This document shows positions 10,398 to 19,474 of a DNA stretch of 64,000 nucleotides, in pieces; positions within the stretch are counted from its first letter, which is position 1, and each line of letters begins with the position of its first letter. The DNA comes from Deltaproteobacteria bacterium (GTDB lineage Bacteria > Desulfobacterota > JAENJC01). The notes beneath the pieces were generated by a model that saw nothing but the letters and a program-made list of their open reading frames with translations, was not told the DNA's origin and ran no database searches. The position numbers and the translations under genes are program-made. The DNA is taken from contig JAUSKU010000033.1 of NCBI GenBank assembly GCA_030646755.1, positions 28 through 64,027 on the forward strand. The letters run 5' to 3'.

Positions 10398-10497
10398 ACC
10401 ACAAAGACACGAAGAACACAAAGAATGCCAGAGATAGACGTTAGATTTTTCAAACCATTCTTAGGATTTTACTTTGTGACCTTTGTGTCTTTGTGGT
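10398..10497. repeat. Inverted 9-mer tandem repeat element
   Basis: ACCACAAAGACACGAAGAACACAAAG ... CTTTGTGACCTTTGTGTCTTTGTGGT. Confidence 0.85.
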
Positions 10498-10508
10498 TAA
10501 AATAAATC

Positions 10509-11555
10509 ATGGTTGATATCAAAGACCAGACACTCGAAGAACTCTCCGCCTTTATCGCACATCTCGGGAAGGAAAAGTTCAGGGCCACTCAGATAATTAA
10601 GTGGGTCTATCAGAAGGGGGCTAAGACCTTTGACGATATGACAAACCTGGCCAAGGATTTCAGGGAGGCGTTGAAAGGCGTTGCTTTTATAAGTTCTATT
10701 CAGCCGACAAAGGTTGAGGTGTCTAAGGACGGGACGAAGAAATACCTCTTTCAACTCAAGGACGGCAACTCCATAGAAAGCGTCCTCATCCCTGACGAGG
10801 ACAGGCTTACCCTCTGCATATCAAGCCAGGTGGGGTGCCCGTTGGACTGCGGTTTCTGTGTGACCGGGAGCGGCGGATTTGTAAGGAATCTGGAGACCTC
10901 TGAAATAATAAACCAAATATGCGCCGTTCAGGATGACTTGCCGGAAGACGCCCAATTAACCAATATAGTATTAATGGGGATGGGCGAGCCCCTTCTTAAT
11001 TACGATAATGTCTTAAAGGCCCTGAAGATAATGACTTACGGGGACGGCCTGAGCTTCTCCACTCGAAAGATAACAGTTTCAACATCAGGGATAGTCCCGG
11101 AGATGTTGCGTTTAGGCTCGGAGACAACCGCGAATCTTGCTGTATCGCTCAATGCGACTACTGACGAGATTAGAAGCAGGCTTATGCCTGTAAATAAAAA
11201 GTACCCGCTAAGCAAACTTTTGTCTGCATGCAGGGAATATCCGCTTCCTCCAAGAAGGAGGATAACATTTGAATATATCCTGATAAAAGGGATCAACGAT
11301 TCTCTTGAGGATGCCAGGAGGCTGACCAGGCTTCTCAGGGGGATTCCGTGCAAGATAAACCTGATCCCTTACAACGAGCATGAGGGGTCTGAGTTCAGAA
11401 GGCCTTCTGACGGGGCCATCCGCTCATTCCAGGAGATACTCCAGAATGTTGGATACACTGCGCTCCTCAGGACGAGCAAGGGGCTTGATATATCAGCAGC
11501 CTGCGGGCAGTTACGGGGAAAGCTCTTAAGAGATTTTCACAACAAAGAACACTAA
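10509..11555 (+). CDS. rlmN: 23S rRNA/tRNA m2A methyltransferase
   Basis: [31 protein letters not shown]. Confidence 0.96.
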   Translation: MVDIKDQTLEELSAFIAHLGKEKFRATQIIKWVYQKGAKTFDDMTNLAKDFREALKGVAFISSIQPTKVEVSKDGTKKYLFQLKDGNSIESVLIPDEDRLTLCISSQVGCPLDCGFCVTGSGGFVRNLETSEIINQICAVQDDLPEDAQLTNIVLMGMGEPLLNYDNVLKALKIMTYGDGLSFSTRKITVSTSGIVPEMLRLGSETTANLAVSLNATTDEIRSRLMPVNKKYPLSKLLSACREYPLPPRRRITFEYILIKGINDSLEDARRLTRLLRGIPCKINLIPYNEHEGSEFRRPSDGAIRSFQEILQNVGYTALLRTSKGLDISAACGQLRGKLLRDFHNKEH

Positions 11556-11630
11556 GGACACAAAGGAACAGAAACTTTGTGAACTTTGTGGTAAGATTGG
11601 TTCAGCTTTTAAAGGAGGATTTAAAAAACA

Positions 11631-12677
11631 ATGCCAAAAAAGAAAGACGCTTATGCGGAGGCCGGTGTAAGCATTGATGCGGGAAACAGATTCGTGGAGA
11701 TGATAAGGCCCATGGTAAAGGCCGCATCAAGGCCTGAGGTCCTGACTGAGATCGGCGGCTTTGGAGGACTCTTTGGTCTAAGGAGCGATAAATACAAGAA
11801 CCCTGTCCTTGTCTCATCCACTGACGGTGTCGGTACAAAGCTGAAGATCGCCTTCATGATGGACAGGCACGACACGGTAGGCATAGACCTGGTTGCCATG
11901 TGCGTCAATGACGTAGTGGTCCAGGGGGCGGAGCCGCTCTTCTTCCTCGACTATTTTGCCACAGGCAAGCTACACCCCGAAAAGGCCGCCCAGGTGATCA
12001 AGGGGGTAGCGGAGGGATGCAAGGATGCAGGCTGCGCCCTCATTGGAGGCGAGACGGCAGAGATGCCCTCATTTTACAATGAAGGAGAATACGACATAGC
12101 AGGGTTTACCGTTGGCATAGTGGACCAGGACAACCTGATAGACGGCTCCAGCATAAACGTAGGGAACAAGATCATCGGAATAGCCTCCAGCGGCCTACAT
12201 TCAAACGGCTACTCCCTGGTAAGGAAGGTCTGTTTTGAAAAACTCAAGCTGAAGATAGATGACAACATCCCGGAGCTTGGGAAGAGCATAGGAGAGGAAC
12301 TCCTTACTCCAACCAGGATATACGTCAAGAGCATCCTGCACCTAGTAAAGGAGTTCAAGATCAGCGGCATGGCCCATATAACCGGGGGAGGTTTTACAGA
12401 GAATATCCCAAGGGTTGTTCCAAAGAGCTGCAAGGCCAGGATAAATATCGGTTCGTGGGATATGCCCCCGATATTCACTTATTTAAAGGACCAGGGGGGA
12501 CTGTCCGACGAAGAGATGCTCAGGACCTTCAACAACGGGATAGGGATGGTCATGGTAGTGAAGCAGGAGCTGGTGGACGACATAATGATCAGGCTCAACG
12601 GACTGAAGGAGAAGGCCTGGGTCATAGGTGACATAGTCGAGAGAAAGGAAGGGGAGGGCAGCATTGAATATGCCTAA
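11631..12677 (+). CDS. purM: AIR synthase
   Basis: STDGVGTK, GGETAEMP, SSGLHSNGYS, AHITGGG. Confidence 0.97.
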   Translation: MPKKKDAYAEAGVSIDAGNRFVEMIRPMVKAASRPEVLTEIGGFGGLFGLRSDKYKNPVLVSSTDGVGTKLKIAFMMDRHDTVGIDLVAMCVNDVVVQGAEPLFFLDYFATGKLHPEKAAQVIKGVAEGCKDAGCALIGGETAEMPSFYNEGEYDIAGFTVGIVDQDNLIDGSSINVGNKIIGIASSGLHSNGYSLVRKVCFEKLKLKIDDNIPELGKSIGEELLTPTRIYVKSILHLVKEFKISGMAHITGGGFTENIPRVVPKSCKARINIGSWDMPPIFTYLKDQGGLSDEEMLRTFNNGIGMVMVVKQELVDDIMIRLNGLKEKAWVIGDIVERKEGEGSIEYA

Positions 12678-13329
12678 ACTCAGGCTTGGAGTCCTTGCAT
12701 CTGGAAGCGGTTCCAACCTTCAGGCTATAATAGACAATATTGAATCCGGCAATCTCCCATGTGAGATTGCCGTTGTCATTTCTGACAAACCAGATGCCTT
12801 CGCCTTAAAAAGGGTTGAACGGCATGGGATCAAAACCGAGGCTGTTCAATCAAAGACATTCCAGAACAGGGAGGGGTTTGATACCGAACTGGTCAAGATA
12901 TTAAATAGCTACAACGTTGACCTCGTTGTCCTGGCCGGATTCATGAGGGTTGTTACCGGGGTCTTGATAAGCGCCTTCCCCATGAGGATAATGAACATCC
13001 ACCCCGCCTTACTCCCGTCATTCCCAGGCCTCCACGTCCAGGAAAAGGCGCTTGAATACGGTGCCAAATTTTCAGGGTGCACAGTGCATTTTGTCGATGA
13101 AGGGGTTGACACAGGCCCCATAATCATCCAGGCTGTTGTCCCGGTCCTTGATGACGACACGGAAGAAACTCTATCAGCCAGAATACTAAAGGAAGAGCAC
13201 AGGATATACCCTTACGCCATTAGGCTTTTTGCAGAAGGGAGGCTTGAGGTTAAGGGTCGCAGGGTTATAGTTAAAGACCATCCAAAGGACGAAGGGGCCA
13301 TGGAAAATCCGCAGGTGCTCCCTAAATAA
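12670..13329 (+). CDS. purN: GAR transformylase
   Basis: SGSGSNLQA, NIHPALLPSF, HFVDEGVDTGPII. Confidence 0.96.
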   Translation: MPKLRLGVLASGSGSNLQAIIDNIESGNLPCEIAVVISDKPDAFALKRVERHGIKTEAVQSKTFQNREGFDTELVKILNSYNVDLVVLAGFMRVVTGVLISAFPMRIMNIHPALLPSFPGLHVQEKALEYGAKFSGCTVHFVDEGVDTGPIIIQAVVPVLDDDTEETLSARILKEEHRIYPYAIRLFAEGRLEVKGRRVIVKDHPKDEGAMENPQVLPK

Positions 13330-13413
13330 CTGCCTGCTATTACCTTATCACTTCTTGTCTGCCAACTTTGCTTATATGGATTTCTCCTGCAAATAATCAA
13401 CCCGAACGTTTTA

Positions 13414-13541
13414 TTGCAGTTGCAACATTTCATTGCAACAAAATGTTTCTTCGAAATATTGATAAAAATCTGATTTTAAAATAGAAGTCCTTTAATTTCA
13501 ACGAGTTATTTGCAAAAAGGGAGTATGGCACAGACCTTGCT
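13414..13541 (+). promoter_or_regulatory. sigma54 promoter with upstream enhancer-like palindromes and IHF-like site
   Basis: TGGCAC-AGACC-TTGCT at 13526-13541 (GG-N10-GC); GTTGCAACATTTCATTGCAAC about 100 bp upstream; TTTCAACGAGTTA near 13496-13508. Confidence 0.75.
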
Positions 13542-13589
13542 TTACACTTATGGTACGTATAACTCAATTACTTGTTATAGGAGGGTATC

Positions 13590-13802
13590 ATGGTAACAGC
13601 AAATCACTTGGCAGACAACCACCACATCTATTTTTTAACAGCGCCGAACCTGGGGGGGAGGCAGCTGACTCTTGTGGAGGCGGATACATGCCTTAAACTT
13701 GCCAGATTAAAGGCCAGGACAAAATTCGGCAAGGTGTGGGTCCTGCCTACAAAGCAGACGATGTATGAACTGTTCAGCGGGAAGTTTTTTAGGGACCGTT
13801 AA
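13590..13802 (+). CDS. Small hypothetical protein (70 aa) under the sigma54 promoter
   Basis: GGAGGG RBS; hairpin TAACCAG..CTGGTTA downstream; no recognisable domain. Confidence 0.55.
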   Translation: MVTANHLADNHHIYFLTAPNLGGRQLTLVEADTCLKLARLKARTKFGKVWVLPTKQTMYELFSGKFFRDR

Positions 13803-13909
13803 GGAATAACCAGTGCTTTTCTGGTTAAGCCTTTACGGCCCCTTATGCCGTTCCTGCCATTTTGATGTCCAGGTTAATTTTGAACGACGGCTCAGCAGGA
13901 AGTAGCTGA

Positions 13910-15121
13910 TCAGGTTTGTCTCCTGACCATATCATTTACATTAACCGGGAACCCTGCCTCCAGGATGACGGTCATCCCGGGGTTTGCTGTAAAAAGGGGT
14001 TCCCCGGATAACGCCTTTAGGTTTTCTACCTTCAGGGTGTTTGAAGATTTATCTTTACTGATAAACTCTAACGTCTCCCCTATCTTGAGGCGGTTTCTTA
14101 CCTCTAACATTATTTCGCTTCCCGTAACCCTGCGGACCATGCCAACGAACTCCCTTCCGATCGGAGAGGATGAAGATGTAAGGTAGTTTTGTCCATCTGC
14201 GCCGGGCCTTTCAAAATAGAAGCCGGTGGTATATTCCCTGTTGCTCACAGCCTTTAACTCTTCCATCCATTTGGAATCAGCGCAGTAGCCAGCCGGTTCC
14301 TTGGTATACCTGTCTATTGCCTCCCTGTAAACCCTTACAACGTTTCCGACATACGATATCCCTTTGGTCCTACCCTCTATCTTAAAGGAGTCTATCCCGG
14401 CATCGATCATTTCATCCAGATGCTCTATCATGCAAAGGTCTTTTGAGGACATCATGTATGTCCCTCTGCCGTCCTCCTCAACAGGGAAATATTCTCCAGG
14501 CCTTGTCTCCTCCACAAGGGAATATCTGTATCTGCAAGAGTGAGCGCAGTCACCCTGATTGGCGCTCCTTCCAGTCATATAGCTGCTAATCAGACACCTG
14601 CCGGAATATGATATGCACATGGCCCCATGGACAAATGCCTCCACCTCTATATCAACCTTATCCTTGATCTCTCTTATCTCCTGAAGTGAAAGCTCTCTGG
14701 CGACGCATACCCTGGAAACACCCTGTTCCTTCCAGAACCTTACGCTCCTCCAGTTGGTGGTATTGGCCTGTGTGCTCAGGTGAAGTTCAACCTCAGGAAA
14801 TATTTCTTTTACCGTCTCTATCACACCGGGGTCAGAGGCTATTATCGCATCCACCCCGACAGGCCCTATCTCCTTCAGGTATGACTGGAGACCGTTTATA
14901 TCGGCATTGTGTGCAAATGCATTAAGTGCCAGATAGACCCTGGCCCCCCTTTTATGGGAAATCTTTACCCCTTCAGCCATCTCCTCCGGCGAAAAGTTTT
15001 CTGCAGCGGCCCTAAGGCCGTATCTATCCCCGCTCAGATATACCGCATCAGCGCCATAATGCAGGGCTGCCTTAAGTTTTTCCATGTCCCCGGCCGGGGC
15101 AAGGAGTTCCGGTTTAGTCAT
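13910..15121 (-). CDS. U32 family peptidase (tRNA hydroxylation TrhP/YegQ-like)
   Basis: PELLAPAG, HGAMCISYSGRC, NQGDCAHSCR, KIEGR. Confidence 0.9.
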   Translation of the reverse strand: MTKPELLAPAGDMEKLKAALHYGADAVYLSGDRYGLRAAAENFSPEEMAEGVKISHKRGARVYLALNAFAHNADINGLQSYLKEIGPVGVDAIIASDPGVIETVKEIFPEVELHLSTQANTTNWRSVRFWKEQGVSRVCVARELSLQEIREIKDKVDIEVEAFVHGAMCISYSGRCLISSYMTGRSANQGDCAHSCRYRYSLVEETRPGEYFPVEEDGRGTYMMSSKDLCMIEHLDEMIDAGIDSFKIEGRTKGISYVGNVVRVYREAIDRYTKEPAGYCADSKWMEELKAVSNREYTTGFYFERPGADGQNYLTSSSSPIGREFVGMVRRVTGSEIMLEVRNRLKIGETLEFISKDKSSNTLKVENLKALSGEPLFTANPGMTVILEAGFPVNVNDMVRRQT

Positions 15122-15125
15122 AATT

Positions 15126-16145
15126 CTACTTTCTTCCTTTTTTACCAGCTACCTGGTATTGGTATACTGCCCTGTTATGTTCTGAAAGGGTCTTGGAGAA
15201 GTGATGGGTGCCATTGTTTTTGGAGACAAAATAGAGGTAATCCCCGTCCTCAGGGTAAAGAACTGCCTTTATCGAATCAATGCCTGGATTTGCAATGGGG
15301 CCTACGGGTAAGCCTCTTTTACGATAGGTATTATACGGAGTCTCCGTGAGGAGGTCCTTCTTGGTCAGGTTTCCGTTAAAGTCCTTTATCCCGTAAATCA
15401 CGGTAGGGTCGCTTTGAAGAGGGATCCCCATCTTGATCCTGTTCAAAAAAACCCTTGCTATGTGTGGTCTCTCTGAGGCCTCACCTGTCTCCTTTTCCAC
15501 CACAGACGCGAGGGTAACAACATCATTGACCGACATCCCCATCTCCAGCCCACGGCTCTCCAACTCATAGGTAAAGACCTCCATGAACCTGGAAACCATA
15601 TTTTTTATCATCGCCTCCTCGGTCATCCCTTTAGAAAACTGGTAGGTGTCAGGGAAGAGGAATCCTTCAGCGGATGGAGAGAATATTCCTATCGATGACA
15701 AAAAAACCTTGTCAGACACCTTGGCGATAAACAGCTCCTTCTTCGTGAGTCCCTCTTTTTCAAGCAGATCGGCTATCTCCCGGGCATTGTATCCCTCCGG
15801 GATAGTTACGGGGTGCTTAATTACCAGCCCCTTTTCTATCTTTTCAAGGACACGGACCGGCAACATGGAGACGTTGAATTCATATTCTCCTGCCTGTGCC
15901 TTTTTAGTGGAGCCCCTTAATCTGGCGAGAAGGGTGAAGGCGTTAAGGTCCCTTATGATGCCCTTTTCCTTAAGCACCGTTGCAATCCGGTTGAAGCTGA
16001 TACCCGGCTCAAACTCAATCACTACCGGGACTGTGCTGCTTCCTGGAGGAACAAATAATGAGATGTAATAATGGGTAAATACTGCAATGATAAGGGATGC
16101 CGCTGCGAGGGGGAGCCAGCTGTACAGGGTCTTAATCTTACTCAT
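15126..16145 (-). CDS. mltG: Endolytic transglycosylase
   Basis: TIPEG, EGFLFPDTY, LASVVEKE, LQSDPT, PYNTY, GPIANPG. Confidence 0.95.
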   Translation of the reverse strand: MSKIKTLYSWLPLAAASLIIAVFTHYYISLFVPPGSSTVPVVIEFEPGISFNRIATVLKEKGIIRDLNAFTLLARLRGSTKKAQAGEYEFNVSMLPVRVLEKIEKGLVIKHPVTIPEGYNAREIADLLEKEGLTKKELFIAKVSDKVFLSSIGIFSPSAEGFLFPDTYQFSKGMTEEAMIKNMVSRFMEVFTYELESRGLEMGMSVNDVVTLASVVEKETGEASERPHIARVFLNRIKMGIPLQSDPTVIYGIKDFNGNLTKKDLLTETPYNTYRKRGLPVGPIANPGIDSIKAVLYPEDGDYLYFVSKNNGTHHFSKTLSEHNRAVYQYQVAGKKGRK

Positions 16146-16147
16146 TA

Positions 16148-17125
16148 TCAGGTTTCGCGTTTCAAGACAAAGTCACAGAGGGTAAAAAGGGCCTGCCGGT
16201 ATTCTGAATCCTTGAATATTTCAAGATTGTTCTTGGCCTCTTTTATATAACTATCGGCCTTATTGACCGTGTATTCAATGCCCTTATATTTATTTATTAA
16301 CTCAAGAACCCTCTTGAGATCGGGCTCCTCAACTTTCTTTTCTTTTTGTACCAGCTTTATTACCTCATTCCTTTCCGAATCCTCAGTGCTCCTCAGCATG
16401 TGGATCAGGGGAAGGGTCATCTTTCCCTCATGAAGGTCCGCACCTATGGCCTTACCGAAACCTTCATTTTGGGATATATAGTCCAGGGAATCGTCAATAA
16501 GCTGGAACGCTATACCGAGGTTCATCCCGAAAGAGGACATGGCATCCTCCTCCTTCTTTGCGACCCCTCCAAGAATGGCGCCCGCCTGACAAGCTGCGGA
16601 AAGAAGAACAGCTGTTTTCTTTATTATTATATTGATGTAATCTTCCTCTGTCGCGTCGATGTCGCCTGTCTTTATTAACTGGAGGACCTCTCCCTCGGCC
16701 ATCCGTGTAGTAGCAGAAGAAAGGATATCGAGTATCCTTATATCGCCATGCTCAACCATGACGGAAAAAGACTTGGCATACATGTAGTCACCGACAAGGA
16801 CACTGGCCTCGTTACCCCATAAAGAATTGGCGGACGTGTTGCCCCTCCGAAGTTCCGCATTATCGACAACATCATCATGGAGCAGTGTCGCAGTATGTAT
16901 GAACTCCAGGACGCTGGCCAAAGAGATCTGTCTGTTGCCCCGGTATCCGCACAGCTTAGATGAAAGGAGAAGGAGTACAGGCCGGAGCCGCTTTCCGCCG
17001 CTCATCAATACGTATTCCCCCACCTTTGATATAAGGGAGACGTCGCAACGGAGATTTTTCTTCAGTTCAGCCTCAACCAGCACAAGGTCATCGCTTATGA
17101 GGCTTAAAACTTTATCTAAGTCCAT
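16148..17125 (-). CDS. ispB: Polyprenyl diphosphate synthase (IspB-like)
   Basis: GGKRLRP, LLHDDVVD, FQLIDD.LD. Confidence 0.9.
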   Translation of the reverse strand: MDLDKVLSLISDDLVLVEAELKKNLRCDVSLISKVGEYVLMSGGKRLRPVLLLLSSKLCGYRGNRQISLASVLEFIHTATLLHDDVVDNAELRRGNTSANSLWGNEASVLVGDYMYAKSFSVMVEHGDIRILDILSSATTRMAEGEVLQLIKTGDIDATEEDYINIIIKKTAVLLSAACQAGAILGGVAKKEEDAMSSFGMNLGIAFQLIDDSLDYISQNEGFGKAIGADLHEGKMTLPLIHMLRSTEDSERNEVIKLVQKEKKVEEPDLKRVLELINKYKGIEYTVNKADSYIKEAKNNLEIFKDSEYRQALFTLCDFVLKRET

Positions 17126-17208
17126 CGGAACCTCTTTGGCAAGTTCATATTAATCTACCCAAAATTCGCACCGCCGTCAACAGCATAATTGTACTCTTGC
17201 TGAAGCAT

Positions 17209-17324
17209 GGGTCTGCGACAAATTTGTTGGTAGTCTCCATTTTGAAGCTATTGTATCCCCCCTCCCCTCAATCCCCTCCCGCAAGGGGAGGGGAGGTTAG
17301 TAGCAACATTTTTGTCGTGCACCC
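17209..17324. mobile_element. MITE-like element enclosing a CCCCTCCC palindrome
   Basis: TIRs GGGTCTGCGACAAATTTGTTG / CAACATTTTTGTCGTGCACCC; flanks CTGAAGCAT and CTGGAGCAT form an imperfect 9-bp TSD. Confidence 0.65.
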
Positions 17325-17389
17325 CTGGAGCATGGAGCATGAAATTCTTGACTTTCCCGCGAACTATATAATATAATCAGCAGCATACA

Positions 17390-17498
17390 ATCGATAAAGG
17401 CAAACTACTCCGAAAGGGTAGGGCGCAAAGTCTCCGGCCTAAAGATGGAACAGATTTAAAATCTGTCCCCGAAACTATGGTAGCGGGATTGCCGGATA
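17390..17498 (+). ncRNA. Cyclic di-GMP-I (GEMM) riboswitch
   Basis: GGCAAAC..CGAAAG..GCGCAAAG..CCGGCCTAAA...GGTAGCGGGATTGCCG consensus; promoter TTGACT-N18-TATAAT at about 17348-17377. Confidence 0.9.
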
Positions 17499-17519
17499 TA
17501 GCATTTCATTTCGGTAGCG

Positions 17520-17550
17520 AGCCCACCCTTAATTAAGGGTGGGCTTTTTT
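17520..17550 (+). terminator. Intrinsic terminator (riboswitch expression platform)
   Basis: AGCCCACCCTT-AATT-AAGGGTGGGCT followed by a T-run. Confidence 0.85.
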
Positions 17551-17564
17551 GTTTTGGAGCTTCC

Positions 17565-19268
17565 ATGAGGATACTGATAAAACCATTCGCACCGCCTTCT
17601 TTTAAGATAAATCTCTTATTCCTATTCGTCATCCTCGGAACATTTTATATATATTCCGGGGTTTTAACAGGCCCGTTTATCTGGGATGATGAACATTTTG
17701 TCCTGAGAAACCCATCTATAAGGTCTATAGAAAAACTCCCGGAATATTTTACATCGAAAGAAACCTATGCGATGGAGGGGGATTTCGCCATTTACAGGCC
17801 TTTACGGAATGTATCATACCTTATTGACTATATCCTGTTCGGCCTAAATCCTCTTGGCTTCCATGCAGTCAACCTTCTCCTGCATATACAGAACATCGTT
17901 TTGATGGCCTATCTTGTGAAACTCATGACTGGAAGGAACTTTATTCCGATAGTTGCGGCCACACTCTTCGCCTTTCACCCCGTCCAGACGGAGGCGGTAT
18001 CATGGATAAAGGGAAGGGACGATCTTATCTGCACCTTTTTCTACCTTGCGTCATTAGCTCTATATATTAAAGGAAGGGATAAAAAGAGTTATCTGTATTG
18101 GGGTTCAGTCATCTCCTTTGCCCTGGCCCTTTTCTCAAAGGAAGCGGCACTTACCTTACCCCTGATTATCCTCTTATACAATCTGCACTTTCCTAAAAAG
18201 GATGACACGAAAACCTCTTATCATCCCTATATGTACATAATATTGTTATATCTTTTGTTTAGGACAATAGTAGTGGGAAGGGTGGGGCAGACCGATTATT
18301 GGGGCGGAAGCTTTATATCGGCCTTTTATACAAACTGGACTGGAATGGTTTACTATCTGAAGCTGTTGTTCTTTCCAGTAAATCTGTGCGCCGACTACCT
18401 GATGTTTCCGGTAAGGACAACTCTCTTTGACCCTTATGTCCTTGGCGCTCTGTTCATAATAGTTCTCTTCCTGGGGATAGCTGTCCTCTCTTTTATAAAA
18501 GGCAGGCGGATGTTATCCCTTTCGATTTTCTGGTTTTTCATAGCTCTTCTCCCTGTTTCCAATATGGTCCCCATTCAGATAATAATCGCGGAGAGGTTCC
18601 TATACCTGCCATCAATAGGTATATTTATCGGCAGCGCAGTGTTTCTGTGCGACTTAGGAGATAGGCTGCAAAAAAGGCAGTGGATAATTGTATTTCTTCT
18701 GTCTGTCATCGCCATCTTTTTAGCATCGATGACCGTTGACAGGAACCATGTCTGGACCGACGAACACCTGTTCTGGTCTGATGTAGCGACCAAATCACCT
18801 GGGAACACAAGGGCCTGGCACAACTTGGCTTCAAAGTACCAGAATGAAGGAAATATCCCAGAGGCGATATCCCTTTACCAAAAGGCCCTGATGATGGAAT
18901 ACCACAGTCCCGAAACCCATTACCAACTGGGAAGGATCTACAGAGGTGAGGGTGATGAGGAAAAGGCGTTGTCCGAGTTCTATGCGGCGTTAAAGGACGA
19001 CCCTGAAAACTCAGATATAAATTACGAGATAGGGAACCTCATGTCCAAGAAGGGTTGGTATTCTGACGCCATCTTCCAGTATAAAAAGGCGTTGGAAAGC
19101 AACCCCGACCATGAAGATGCCCTGTATGACCTGGGGATAGTCTACATGAAACAAAAGGATTACGGGCTTGCGGCCATGCAGTTCAAGAAGCTCCTCATTA
19201 TAGTTCCGGAAAACAAGATGGCAGTCGGGTTTATTGAGTACTGTGAACGGATGGAAAGGGAAGGTTGA
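17565..19268 (+). CDS. TMTC-like GT-C membrane glycosyltransferase with C-terminal TPR repeats
   Basis: WDD, YRPL, FH.VNLLLH, HPVQTEAVSW, LFSKE, AERFLYLPS, then TPRs. Confidence 0.8.
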   Translation: MRILIKPFAPPSFKINLLFLFVILGTFYIYSGVLTGPFIWDDEHFVLRNPSIRSIEKLPEYFTSKETYAMEGDFAIYRPLRNVSYLIDYILFGLNPLGFHAVNLLLHIQNIVLMAYLVKLMTGRNFIPIVAATLFAFHPVQTEAVSWIKGRDDLICTFFYLASLALYIKGRDKKSYLYWGSVISFALALFSKEAALTLPLIILLYNLHFPKKDDTKTSYHPYMYIILLYLLFRTIVVGRVGQTDYWGGSFISAFYTNWTGMVYYLKLLFFPVNLCADYLMFPVRTTLFDPYVLGALFIIVLFLGIAVLSFIKGRRMLSLSIFWFFIALLPVSNMVPIQIIIAERFLYLPSIGIFIGSAVFLCDLGDRLQKRQWIIVFLLSVIAIFLASMTVDRNHVWTDEHLFWSDVATKSPGNTRAWHNLASKYQNEGNIPEAISLYQKALMMEYHSPETHYQLGRIYRGEGDEEKALSEFYAALKDDPENSDINYEIGNLMSKKGWYSDAIFQYKKALESNPDHEDALYDLGIVYMKQKDYGLAAMQFKKLLIIVPENKMAVGFIEYCERMEREG

Positions 19269-19300
19269 CATATTGATAGGAATTTGCTAAATTCTTATCA

Positions 19301-19385
19301 ACTCGGGGGAGCCGTGAAGGCTGAGAGTCTGCATGAGGCAGAGACCCTTTGGACCCGATCCGGGCAATGCCGGCGTGGGGAGCAG
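19301..19385 (+). ncRNA. TPP riboswitch
   Basis: GGGG.GCC..GGCTGAGA..GACCCTT.GGACCCGATCCGGGCAATGCCGGCGTGGG; promoter TTGACA-N17-TAAATT at 19265-19293; upstream of thi genes. Confidence 0.92.
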
Positions 19386-19435
19386 CAGGAAATCGATCGT
19401 AGGGGCGTATTGCGGTGCGCCCATACCTTTAATTG

Positions 19436-19467
19436 GCCGCATTCCCCTTGAGGTTTGCGGCTTTTTT
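19436..19467 (+). terminator. Attenuator terminator downstream of the TPP aptamer
   Basis: GCCGCA...TGCGGC followed by TTTTTT. Confidence 0.65.
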
Positions 19468-19474
19468 ATTCTTA

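Noticed and set aside
4521-11592. 9-mer arrays or attC series as a CRISPR array
   Set aside because: There are no identical direct repeats with regular unique spacers and no cas genes; the repeats are inverted and dispersed.
17390-17498. 3',3'-cGAMP (GEMM-Ib) riboswitch
   Set aside because: The specificity position reads G (AGGCAAAC), not A.
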